Of a stretch of DNA of 64,000 bases, positions 50,357 to 59,900 are shown piece after piece. Origin of the DNA: Candidatus Latescibacterota bacterium (GTDB lineage: Bacteria; Latescibacterota; UBA2968; UBA8231); assembly GCA_963422735.1 (NCBI GenBank), contig OY730476.1:1-64000 (forward strand), given 5' to 3'. Positions within the stretch are counted from its first letter, which is position 1. Each line of letters opens with the position of its first letter. A model generated the notes under the pieces. The model was given only the letters and a program-made list of their open reading frames with translations, made no database searches and had not been told where the DNA came from. The position numbers and the translations under genes were made by a program.

Positions 50357-50627
50357 GTCTGTAAACATCGATGAACTGCCACAGCAGCGGGCGGCAGGCT
50401 ATCTTTCGACGTACTCGAATCACGTTGAAATGGGATTCTCGCCGTGGGATTTCAGGGTTTTGTTCTTCGAGATCACGGAAGATGAAAACGGAGATATCAT
50501 ACGCGAAAAGAAGGCTCGCGTGGCGATGTCCCCTCAGCATGCGATGGCTTTTTCGCAGCTATTGAACAGCGCTATCGAGAAGTGGGCTAAGGAACACGCC
50601 TCCGATCAGCGGAATGAGCAAGCCTGA
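50328..50627 (+). CDS. DUF3467-like small protein
   Basis: YSNHV..GFSPWDFR..F..RVAMSPQHA..F. Confidence 0.75.
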   Translation: MNTKHRPQDESVNIDELPQQRAAGYLSTYSNHVEMGFSPWDFRVLFFEITEDENGDIIREKKARVAMSPQHAMAFSQLLNSAIEKWAKEHASDQRNEQA

Positions 50628-50759
50628 ATGAAATGGCCTGAAACTCGGCATTTGACCAAAGGCAACAGGACATCACAGTACTTGCCCCTTGAGAGCACAC
50701 CTGCTGCTCTAGTCGCAGCGGCTGTAGAATTTTTTGGTTTTTTATTAGTCCACGCCGAA

Positions 50760-51060
50760 TGAAATGCGGCCGCTAAAAGCACTTGAAATCGTCTCCCACC
50801 GCTTCTTTGCTTTTTGCTTTTACAAGGCGATAGGAGTAGCTGTATTTCGGTGCCACGATTCCGCCGCTCCACTTCGAGCGTGTAAATGAAGCCCGGCACA
50901 TGCGTAAATCCCTCTATTTCCTCATAGAAAAATTCCCACGCTCCAGTTTCCTCGTTTTTTGCCACCAGACACCCGCACTCGATGGAGCCTTGGCACGTCA
51001 TTCTTTCAGGCCCGATCACGAGCGTCTCGATGGAAGATGAAAGCGGGTTTGAGCCGCCGC
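50760..51060 (-). pseudogene. DUF4377-like domain remnant
   Basis: TLVIGPE..CQG..CLV..WEFFYEEIEGF..PGFIYTLEV; flanks are non-protein-like; boundaries approximate. Confidence 0.55.
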
Positions 51061-51370
51061 CGCGATAGCAAAGAGTTGGGCCGCATGATATAGCAGTCCT
51101 AAATGACTTGAAAATATAATATAGAACGTTCATTGGCTCTGTCTCTTCTGTCTATAAGAAGTCATCTCCCGCGAAGGCGGGCTTCACCGAGAGGCGTGAC
51201 ATATAGTATTGAATGACGTAGGATTGCTATATGCTTCCTTTTATTGAGCCTTGACACAGCACTCGTTTTAAGAGCGTGAATAGGTTTACCGCGTAAGCAC
51301 TAGGTAGTTAGGGAGATGGGTCGTTTGGGCACAACGAATAACGGACTTTCCTAGAATAAGGACTGTTTAA

Positions 51371-51393
51371 TTAGTGGTTAGTGGTTAGTGGTC
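51371..51393. repeat. Short heptamer run (TAGTGGT x3)
   Basis: TAGTGGTTAGTGGTTAGTGGTCC, about 230 nt upstream of res. Confidence 0.8.
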
Positions 51394-51618
51394 CGTCCCA
51401 TCCGCCCCCTTGGCGACGGGTACCCGGCGACGGGTCCCGGAACATTGACGCGGGGGACTGCGCTGGTCCGGACGAGGGCTACGGGCCAGCCGAGTGAAAC
51501 CGCCTAAATGAAACCGGAATCCCCAACCGTACACTAGGAAATTCCGACTAATAAACCTAAACTAGGTAGGAACTGCACGGCAATGTGTTTAGGTGTCATG
51601 TAGTTAGGGGGCATCGTT

Positions 51619-54600
51619 TTGACTGAATTCTTTGAACAGCCCATTCTCAACTCGCCTTACGAGCGCCCGAACCGGCATTGGGAACTGGACGAGACCGGGC
51701 AGCCGACCCAGCAGATCGTCGAACACCGCCGGCAGGCCGAGTTTATCACGCCGATCCCACAGCCTAAGAAGCGCAAGGGAAAAGAGCAACAAGCCGCGCT
51801 GGTATTCGACGCGGCGGCGCAGAAGCTCGAAACCGCCGGCCAGCAATACGACCTGACGGCCATCATCAACGGGGTTCGTCAGCAGGTTGATCGCTGGCGC
51901 GACCTACCGAATCCGAGCCAATGGCAGGTGACCCCGGAGACCGCTCGGCTGCTCCGGCACTGGCGGGACCACCGCTTCAGTGGGACTCGGCCCTTCTTCT
52001 GCCAAGTCGAAGCGGTAGAGACCGCTATATGGCTCACTGAAGTTGCGCCTAGAACGCGATCCGGCAAGAGCTTCCTCGACCACCTAGCGAACGCCAACAA
52101 CGACGCCAATCCAGACCTGCCCCTGCCGCGGTTGGCACTCAAGTTGGCGACCGGCACCGGCAAGACCACGGTTATGGCCATGTTGATTGCTTGGCAGACC
52201 GTCAACGCGGTGCGCCGGCCTCAGAGCCGCGGCTTCACGCGCGGTTTCCTCGTAGTCACGCCCGGGATCACCATCAAGGACCGCCTGCGGGTGCTGCAAC
52301 CAAACGATCCGGACAGTTACTACCAGAGCCGCGAGTTGGTTCCAAGCGACATGCTCCCCGACTTGGAAAAGGCCAAGATCGTCATTACCAACTACCACGC
52401 CTTCAAGCGGCGCGAACGCATGGAGCTTTCCAAAGGCGGGCGATCTTTGCTTCAGGGACGGGGCGAGACGCTCTCGACCTTGGAGACCGAGGGGCAAATG
52501 CTGCAACGGGTGATGCCCGAACTCATGGGCGTAAAGAACGTCTTGATCCTCAACGACGAAGCGCACCACTGCTACCGCGAGAAGCCGGGCGAGGGGGAGG
52601 AAGGTGCGCTCAAGGGCGATGACAGAAAGGAAGCCGAAAAGAACAGGGAGGCGGCGCGGCTGTGGATTTCCGGGCTGGAAATCGTCGGCAGCAAGCTCGG
52701 CATCAACCGGGTGATGGACCTCTCGGCAACGCCGTTCTTTTTGCGCGGGTCGGGCTACGCCGAAGGTACGTTGTTCCCCTGGACGATGTGCGACTTCTCG
52801 CTCATGGACGCCATTGAATGCGGCATCGTCAAACTGCCCCGCGTGCCGGTGGCCGACAACATCCCCGGCAGCGACATGCCCAAGTTTCGCAATCTTTGGG
52901 AACACATCCGCACCAACATGCCGAAGAAGGGGCGGGGCAAGGCCAAGGAACTCGATCCTCTCAGTTTGCCCGTGGAGCTACAGACCGCACTGGAAGCCCT
53001 GTATGGGCATTATCGGAAGACCTTCGCGCTTATGCAGGAGGCGGGCATTGGCGTGCCGCCGTGCTTCATTGTGGTCTGCAACAACACCTCGACCTCCAAG
53101 TTGGTGTACGACTACATCTCCGGCTTCCACCGCGAGAACGAGGATGGTTCAAAGAAACTTGAGAATGGTCGCCTAGCGCTGTTTCGCAACTTTGACGAAC
53201 AGGGCAACCAGTACCCACGGCCTCGCACCCTGCTAATCGACAGCGAACAATTGGAGTCTGGCGACGCGCTCGACAAGAACTTCCGCAACATGGCGGCAGA
53301 TGAGATCGAGCGTTTCCGCCGCGAGATTATCGAACGTACCGGCGACCGTCGTCAGGCCGGAAATATCACCGACCAAGACTTGCTGCGGGAAGTGATGAAT
53401 ACAGTCGGCAAACCGGGGCGGCTAGGGGATTCGATTCGCTGTGTGGTGTCGGTCTCTATGCTCACGGAAGGGTGGGATGCGAACACCGTCAGCCATGTGT
53501 TGGGCGTGCGGGCCTTTGGGACGCAGTTGCTTTGCGAGCAGGTCGTTGGCCGTGCGTTGCGCCGGCAGTCCTACGATCTCAACGAAAAAGGTTTGTTCGA
53601 TGTCGAGTACGCCGATGTCTTGGGCATTCCATTCGACTTTACGGCCAAGCCCGTTGTGGCCCCGACGAGACCGCCGCGAGAGACCGTTCAGGTGCGGGCC
53701 ATGCGACCTGAACGGGATGCGCTGGAGATTTGTTTTCCTCGGGTAGCCGGGTATCGAGTGGAATTGCCGGAAGAGCGGCTCAAAGCCGAGTTCAACGAGG
53801 ACTCGGTGCTGGAACTCACGCCCGATCTGGTTGGTCCGTCGAGAACGAGGAACCAGGGGATTATCGGCGAGGGCGTGGATCTCAATCTGGTTCACACCAA
53901 CGACCTGCGGCGCTCGACCCTACTTTTTCATCTGACCCATCGGTTGCTCTACACCAAGTACCGCGATCCGGGCGAAGAGCCCAAGCTCTATCTTTTCGGC
54001 CAGCTCAAGCGCATCGCCAAGCAGTGGCTCGATGGCTGCCTCGTCTGCAAGGGCAGCACCTATCCGGCCCAACTCATGTACCAGGGACTAGCCGACACAG
54101 CCTGCGGGCGCATCGCCGCCGCCATCACGCAAGCGAAAATCGACCATCATCCGGTCAAAGCGGTGCTCGATCCGTACAACTCCGTTGGTTCAACAGCCCA
54201 CGTGAATTTCAACACGACCAAGGCCAGCCGCTGGCAGACCGACGCCCGCCGTTGCCACATCAACTGGATCATCCTCGACAGCGACTGGGAAGCGGAGTTT
54301 TGCCGCGTCGCCGAATCCCATCCGCACGTCAAAGCCTACGTCAAAAACCACAATCTCGGCTTGGAAGTGCCCTACCGTTGCGGGTCGGAAACGCGGACGT
54401 ATATCCCGGACTTTATCGTCCGCATTGATGATGGCGGTGGCGATGAGGATCTGCTGCATCTGATCGTCGAGATCAAGGGCTATCGGGGGGAAGACGCCAA
54501 GGACAAGAAGACGACCATGGACACCTATTGGGTGCCTGGCGTGAATCATCGCGGGGACTACGGGCGCTGGGCTTTTGCCGAGCTTACCGATGTGTTCGAG

Positions 54601-54654
54601 GTGGAAGCTGCGTTCAATCGTTTGGTTGAGCGGTTCCGGTTGAGGACCGGGTAG
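51619..54654 (+). CDS. Type III restriction-like endonuclease/helicase (Res)
   Basis: LATGTGKT, NDEAHH, SATP, MLTEGWD, EQVVGR.LR; C-terminal YIPDF..VEIKG nuclease. Confidence 0.92.
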   Translation: MTEFFEQPILNSPYERPNRHWELDETGQPTQQIVEHRRQAEFITPIPQPKKRKGKEQQAALVFDAAAQKLETAGQQYDLTAIINGVRQQVDRWRDLPNPSQWQVTPETARLLRHWRDHRFSGTRPFFCQVEAVETAIWLTEVAPRTRSGKSFLDHLANANNDANPDLPLPRLALKLATGTGKTTVMAMLIAWQTVNAVRRPQSRGFTRGFLVVTPGITIKDRLRVLQPNDPDSYYQSRELVPSDMLPDLEKAKIVITNYHAFKRRERMELSKGGRSLLQGRGETLSTLETEGQMLQRVMPELMGVKNVLILNDEAHHCYREKPGEGEEGALKGDDRKEAEKNREAARLWISGLEIVGSKLGINRVMDLSATPFFLRGSGYAEGTLFPWTMCDFSLMDAIECGIVKLPRVPVADNIPGSDMPKFRNLWEHIRTNMPKKGRGKAKELDPLSLPVELQTALEALYGHYRKTFALMQEAGIGVPPCFIVVCNNTSTSKLVYDYISGFHRENEDGSKKLENGRLALFRNFDEQGNQYPRPRTLLIDSEQLESGDALDKNFRNMAADEIERFRREIIERTGDRRQAGNITDQDLLREVMNTVGKPGRLGDSIRCVVSVSMLTEGWDANTVSHVLGVRAFGTQLLCEQVVGRALRRQSYDLNEKGLFDVEYADVLGIPFDFTAKPVVAPTRPPRETVQVRAMRPERDALEICFPRVAGYRVELPEERLKAEFNEDSVLELTPDLVGPSRTRNQGIIGEGVDLNLVHTNDLRRSTLLFHLTHRLLYTKYRDPGEEPKLYLFGQLKRIAKQWLDGCLVCKGSTYPAQLMYQGLADTACGRIAAAITQAKIDHHPVKAVLDPYNSVGSTAHVNFNTTKASRWQTDARRCHINWIILDSDWEAEFCRVAESHPHVKAYVKNHNLGLEVPYRCGSETRTYIPDFIVRIDDGGGDEDLLHLIVEIKGYRGEDAKDKKTTMDTYWVPGVNHRGDYGRWAFAELTDVFEVEAAFNRLVERFRLRTG

Positions 54655-54695
54655 AGGAGCGGCAATGCGCCGAAGGGTACAAAAGGAGAGCGATC

Positions 54696-56438
54696 ATGCC
54701 TTGGGATAGCGATAGCTTGTTGCAGCAACTCAAGCTTGGCGAGGACAGCCGCGTTGAGTTCAAAGAAGCCGGGTTCACCGGCGACCGCGTCCGTGCGCCT
54801 CATCGGGACGCTATCGCCGACGAGTTGGCCGCTTTGGGCAACACCATCGGCGGCACCTTGATCTTCAGCGCGTCCGACGCTGGTGAGGTGCGGTCGATGA
54901 ACCGCGAACAGATGGATGCGTTGGAAGCCTTCGTCAGCGAGATTTGTGCAGACAGCATCCGTCCTCCGTTGGCGTTTGTCACCCAACGGTTGGCTCTGCC
55001 GGACGGTTCGTTTGTGCTGGTTGTCGAAGTCGAACAAAGTGCGCTGGTCCACAAGAGTCCCGGGGGATACCTTTCCCGACAAGGCAGTGCCAAGCGAGAG
55101 ATGTCGTCGGAGGCATTGAACCGTCTGTTTCAGCAACGGGGGCGTTCTGGCCTGCTCGGCCCTGACGAAGCGATCGTTGCCGGAACCGGATCCAACACGC
55201 TCGATGAAACCCTAACAGATCGTTTCATGAGTTCGCGCGCCACCGAGCCCACAATCGTCCAACTCACAAAGCTGGGGTTGGTGCGGGAGGATGACAGCGG
55301 TGCGATCCGCGCAACGGTCGCCGGGGTGTTGCTTTGCTCCGGACGCCCGGATGAGCACATACGCGGCGCGATGATCGAAGCAGTTCGCTATCGCGGCACG
55401 GTGCTTGGCCGAGCGAGTCAGCACGACGCGGCGTCCATCACCGGCCCGTTGGACCAGCAGATCCGCGATGCGGTCAACTTCGCTAGACTCAACACGCGGG
55501 TAGCGGCGCGCAAGGCCCCGGGGCGAGTAGAGACCCCGCAATTTAGTCCGCGAGCAGTATTTGAGGCCATCGTCAACGCGGTGGTCCACCGCGACTACTC
55601 AGTGGAGAACGCAAAGATACGGCTCTTCATCTTCGACGACCGCCTTGAGTTGTACTCGCCGGGTGCTCTGCCCAACACGCTGCCCATCGAAGCCATGCGC
55701 AATCGACAAGCCACCCGCAATGAAACGCTCGCGTCCATCCTCCGTATGCTCGCGGTAGGGGATATTGCCGGTGCGGGTGACCGGCAGTATTTCTTGGAGC
55801 AACGCGGTGAAGGGGTTCCGATCATCTACGAGCAGACCCGGGAGCTGACAGGACGCGATCCAGAGTACGAACTGCTCGGCGGCGCGGAACTGCGGCTGAC
55901 GATACCTTCTGCCCGTCCGCCGGTAACGGGCATCGAAGGGGAAGTGTTGGTGTCTGCCGCCGGTCAGCCGCTTGCAAGTGCAAAGGTCGTTGCGCTGTAC
56001 CCCAACAAGACTTGGATGGAGGGGGAAACCAATGCGTTTGGTCGGGTCCATTTCGGGTTTCACTCGAAACTTCCCATCACCGTTTTCTGCGCGGCACCGG
56101 GACACACTGCCCACGTGGAGCGGGATTGGCACCCGCCGGAATCGCTCTCGGTGCAGCTTGAACCGCTGCCAATGGGTGGATCAACGGTGTTCACGGAGGG
56201 GACAGGTCACTTGCCCAATTTGACCGGGCGGCTAGATCCGATCCTCGACGATCTCGACCGCATGTACCTGTACGCGACAAACGTCGCCATTGACGAAGGC
56301 AAGCAGCAACCCGTGCGTTTCAAACTGAATCAGCCCTTGCAGCTTACAGATGTCAACGGGTTTGAATGGATCGTGCGGTTCATTGAGATGATCGGAAAGT
56401 CGGCACTGTTGGAATACGAATCCCCGTCCCCCGATTAA
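54696..56438 (+). CDS. Schlafen/AlbA_2 + HATPase_c_4 protein with atypical C-terminal domain
   Basis: GEDSRVEFKE, ALGNTIGG, EAIVNAVVHRDY, DRLELYSPG.LP, RN, EQRGEG. Confidence 0.85.
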   Translation: MPWDSDSLLQQLKLGEDSRVEFKEAGFTGDRVRAPHRDAIADELAALGNTIGGTLIFSASDAGEVRSMNREQMDALEAFVSEICADSIRPPLAFVTQRLALPDGSFVLVVEVEQSALVHKSPGGYLSRQGSAKREMSSEALNRLFQQRGRSGLLGPDEAIVAGTGSNTLDETLTDRFMSSRATEPTIVQLTKLGLVREDDSGAIRATVAGVLLCSGRPDEHIRGAMIEAVRYRGTVLGRASQHDAASITGPLDQQIRDAVNFARLNTRVAARKAPGRVETPQFSPRAVFEAIVNAVVHRDYSVENAKIRLFIFDDRLELYSPGALPNTLPIEAMRNRQATRNETLASILRMLAVGDIAGAGDRQYFLEQRGEGVPIIYEQTRELTGRDPEYELLGGAELRLTIPSARPPVTGIEGEVLVSAAGQPLASAKVVALYPNKTWMEGETNAFGRVHFGFHSKLPITVFCAAPGHTAHVERDWHPPESLSVQLEPLPMGGSTVFTEGTGHLPNLTGRLDPILDDLDRMYLYATNVAIDEGKQQPVRFKLNQPLQLTDVNGFEWIVRFIEMIGKSALLEYESPSPD

Positions 56439-56450
56439 AATGAGGAATCC

Positions 56451-56672
56451 ATGAGAGAGAAAGTTTATCTCGAAACGATCGTGATTAGCTATCTGACTGC
56501 TTGGCGAAGTCCACAACTCTTGATGGCAGCACATCAAGAAGCAACGCGAATTTGGTGGGACGAACAAAAAATAACTTCGATATATTTACGTCAGAGGCCG
56601 TCATTGAAGAAACGTCAGTAGGTGATCCCGAAGCCGCGCAACGGCGACCCTCTCGAATTAATGGAGGAATAA
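56451..56672 (+). pseudogene. PIN-domain toxin, frameshifted and internally deleted
   Basis: MREKVYLETIVISYL..HQEATRIWW / FDIFTSEAVIEE..GDPEAAQRR / PLELMEE*. Confidence 0.75.
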
Positions 56673-56676
56673 GCTC

Positions 56677-56850
56677 ATGCAACCAGACCCAATCGTCGAA
56701 GAAGTCCGTAAGATACGCGATGAGTATGCTAAGAGATTCAATTATGACCTAGATGCGATTTGCCGAGATTTACAAGAGAAGCAGAGGCAGGGCGAAAAAA
56801 GAGTGATTTCTTTGCCGCCCAAACGCCCAAGAAAGATGAACGACACTTGA
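56677..56850 (+). CDS. Small putative antitoxin (57 aa)
   Basis: MQPDPIVEEVRKIRDEYAKRFNYDLDAICRDL; RBS GGAGG; follows the PIN remnant. Confidence 0.75.
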   Translation: MQPDPIVEEVRKIRDEYAKRFNYDLDAICRDLQEKQRQGEKRVISLPPKRPRKMNDT

Positions 56851-56923
56851 TGGAATTGGCGAGTATCGCTGAATCCGACCTGTAACTGAACCCATTTGTG
56901 ATACGGTAGAAAGACTGCAATCC

Positions 56924-59900
56924 ATGGCAAAACGAAAATCACCTAAGACGGTCGCAACTCTGCGGCACGAGGACGCAGCGCGTAAGAATATCCCCACGGC
57001 CGAGTATCAGGCGGTGATGGAGGAGGACGACCGGAATCCCATTGAGGTCGCGTACGAGCGGCGCAACCGGGACCTCGACCCGCAGCTTGTTTGGCGCGGC
57101 AAGGACGAGCAGAACGAGTCGGACCTCGTGGTGCAAGCACCGCCGCTGTTCATTCAGGAGAAGGTGCATCCGCAGGTGCTGATTGACGATCTGCGGCAGC
57201 GGAGCAAGGAGACGGAGAAGGAGGATGGCGAATCGGGCTTCCAGACGGATCTGTTCGCGGATTTCAACGGCCTGCCGAGTGCAGACGCCCAGACTGAGTT
57301 CTACCAGCACGACGCCAACTGGTCGAATCGGATGATTCTTGGGGACAGCTTGCAGGTGATGGCGTCTTTGGCCGAACGCGAGGGCCTGCGCGGCAAGGTG
57401 CAGTGCATCTATCTCGACCCGCCCTACGGCATCAAGTTCAACTCGAACTTCCAGTGGTCAACCACCAGCCGCGATGTGAAGGACGGCAAGGCCGAGCACA
57501 TCACCCGCGAGCCGGAGCAGGTCAAGGCGTTTCGGGATACGTGGCGGGACGGGATTCATTCGTACCTGACGTACTTGCGGGATCGGCTGACGGTGGCGCG
57601 GGATCTGTTGACGGAGAGTGGATCGATCTTTGTGCAGATTGGGGATGAGAATGTGCATCGGGTAAGGGCGGTGATGGATGAGGTGTTTGGGGAGGGGAAT
57701 TTTGTTGGGTTGATTACTTTTATGAAGGCAACAGCACAGACTTCCAAGCTGCTATCAACAGCATCAGATTACTTGATTTGGTACGCTCGGTTGAAGCCAC
57801 AGGCAAAATATCGCGCACCATTGCTAAAAAAAGTAATTGGTCGGGCCGGAGCTACGGGCTACTCGAACATAGAAGCGTCTGATGGAACTATCTCTCGTCG
57901 TATAAGCCAAGAGGAACGGGAAAATCCTGCTCTTATTTCTACAGATGAGAGAGTGTTCGCATTAGACCATATACGTGGCACAAGGACTCCGAATCCTGCT
58001 GACCTTAAAGGTTATACATTTCAAGGCACAACCTTTAATTCCGACGGACGCTATTGCTGGAAAACCGACAAAAAGGGTCTCGACAACCTTGACAAGAGCT
58101 GGCCGGTTGTAAAAGCAGGAAACCAATTATCGTACAAGCGATATTTCCACGATGATTGCCTATCCCGTTCGACAAACTGGGCGATACCGCTGGTATTGCT
58201 ACGGATAAAGTCGATACGTCGTGGAGACGAAACCAAAGTCATCCAACGCTGCATCCTCATGACCACAGACCCTGGCGACCTCGTCCTCGACCCCACCTGC
58301 GGCTCCGGCACCACCGCCTACGTCGCCGAGCAGTGGGGCCGCCGCTGGATCACCATCGACACCTCCCGCGTCGCCCTCGCACTCGCCCGCGCCCGCATCA
58401 TGGGCGCACGCTATCCCTGGTATCTGCTCGCCGACAGCCCCGAAGGCCGGCGCAAGGAAGCGGAAATCAGTGGCCAGGCGTCAGTGACCGGTGGTCAGTT
58501 TAACGACAACTCGCCGACCACTGGTCACTCTCACTCCATCCGCCAAGGCTTTGTCTATCAGCGCGTCCCCCACATTACGCTCAAGTCCATCGCCAACAAC
58601 GCCGAGATCGACGTAATCTGGGAGAAGTACGAGGAGCGGCTTGCGCCGCTCCGTGAACAGTTGTCAGCCCACCGGCCACAGACCACTGACCACCGGCCAC
58701 TCGAAGAATGGGAGATACCGCGTGAGCGTCCAGAAGACTGGCCACCGGCCACTGAACCACTGATCACTGCTTTCTGGAAGCAGCGCATCGCCCGACAAAA
58801 GGAAATCGACGCTTCCATCGCCGCCAAAGCCGACTATGAATACCTCTACGACAAGCCCTACGAAGACAACAAGAAAGTCCGCGTGGCTGGCCCGTTTACG
58901 GTGGAAAGCCTGTCGCCGCACCGCCTGTTGGGCGTGGACGAGAACGACGAACTCATCATTGATAAAGCTGCCGAAGACAAACCCGACTACGGCGAAAAGC
59001 AGGACTTTGCCGAGATGATCCTCGATAATCTCAAAACCTCTGGCGTCCAGCAGGCGCACAAAGACGACAAAATCAACTTCAGCTCACTCGTCCCCTGGCC
59101 CGGCCACCTCGTCTGCGCCGAAGGCCGGTTTGATAGTGGTCAGTGGCCAGTGGTCAGTGGCCAGAAGAAGAACGCACAAGCCACTGGTCACAGACCACGG
59201 GCTACTGAACACCGCGCCGGCATTTTCATTGGCCCGGAATTCGGCACCGTCTCCCGTCCCGACCTCGTGGAAGCAGTCCGCGAGGCCGCCGACGCCGGCT
59301 TCGACGTTTTAATCGCCTGCGCCTTCAACTATGACGCCCACGCCTCGGAGTTCAACAAACTTGGCCGCGTCCCCATCCTCAAGGCGCGCATGAACGCCGA
59401 CCTGCATATGGCCGACGATCTCAAAAACACCGGCAAAGGCAACCTCTTCGTCATCTTCGGCGAGCCGGATATTACAGTGACCAGTGGTCAGTGGCTGGTG
59501 GCCAGTAACGGGAGAATGATTGCGAATTATGAGCACGTTAAAGAGTTATCAGGACTTGGAAGTCTGGAAGAAATCAATCGAACTGGCAGAGATGGTCTAT
59601 CGAATCTCTGCCAAGTTTCAGCCGGAAGAAAAATTCGGCATAACCAGCCAAGTGCGGAGGGCGGCGGTATCCGTGGCAGCGAATATCGCAGAGGGAGCAG
59701 AGCGTCACGGGACCAAGGAATTTCTCCAATTTCTGGGGATAGCCAGCGGTTCTCTAGCAGAGACGGAGACCTTTCTGATTCTGGCGCAGAAGCTGGGAAT
59801 GGCCCCAGCCGAGCAGATCAACCCCCTGCTATCGCAGGCGGCGGACGTTGGACGGATGCTCAATGGGCTCAAGCGCTCGCTGCGGTCCAGGAACTGACTC

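Noticed and set aside
51394-51600. Structured ncRNA (6S/tmRNA/riboswitch) upstream of res
   Set aside because: GC-rich with a short GGCGACGGGT repeat, but no family-defining motif recognised; needs an Rfam/Infernal scan
59529-59897. Diversity-generating retroelement (Avd-like gene)
   Set aside because: No reverse transcriptase and no TR/VR pair differing at adenines seen in the window
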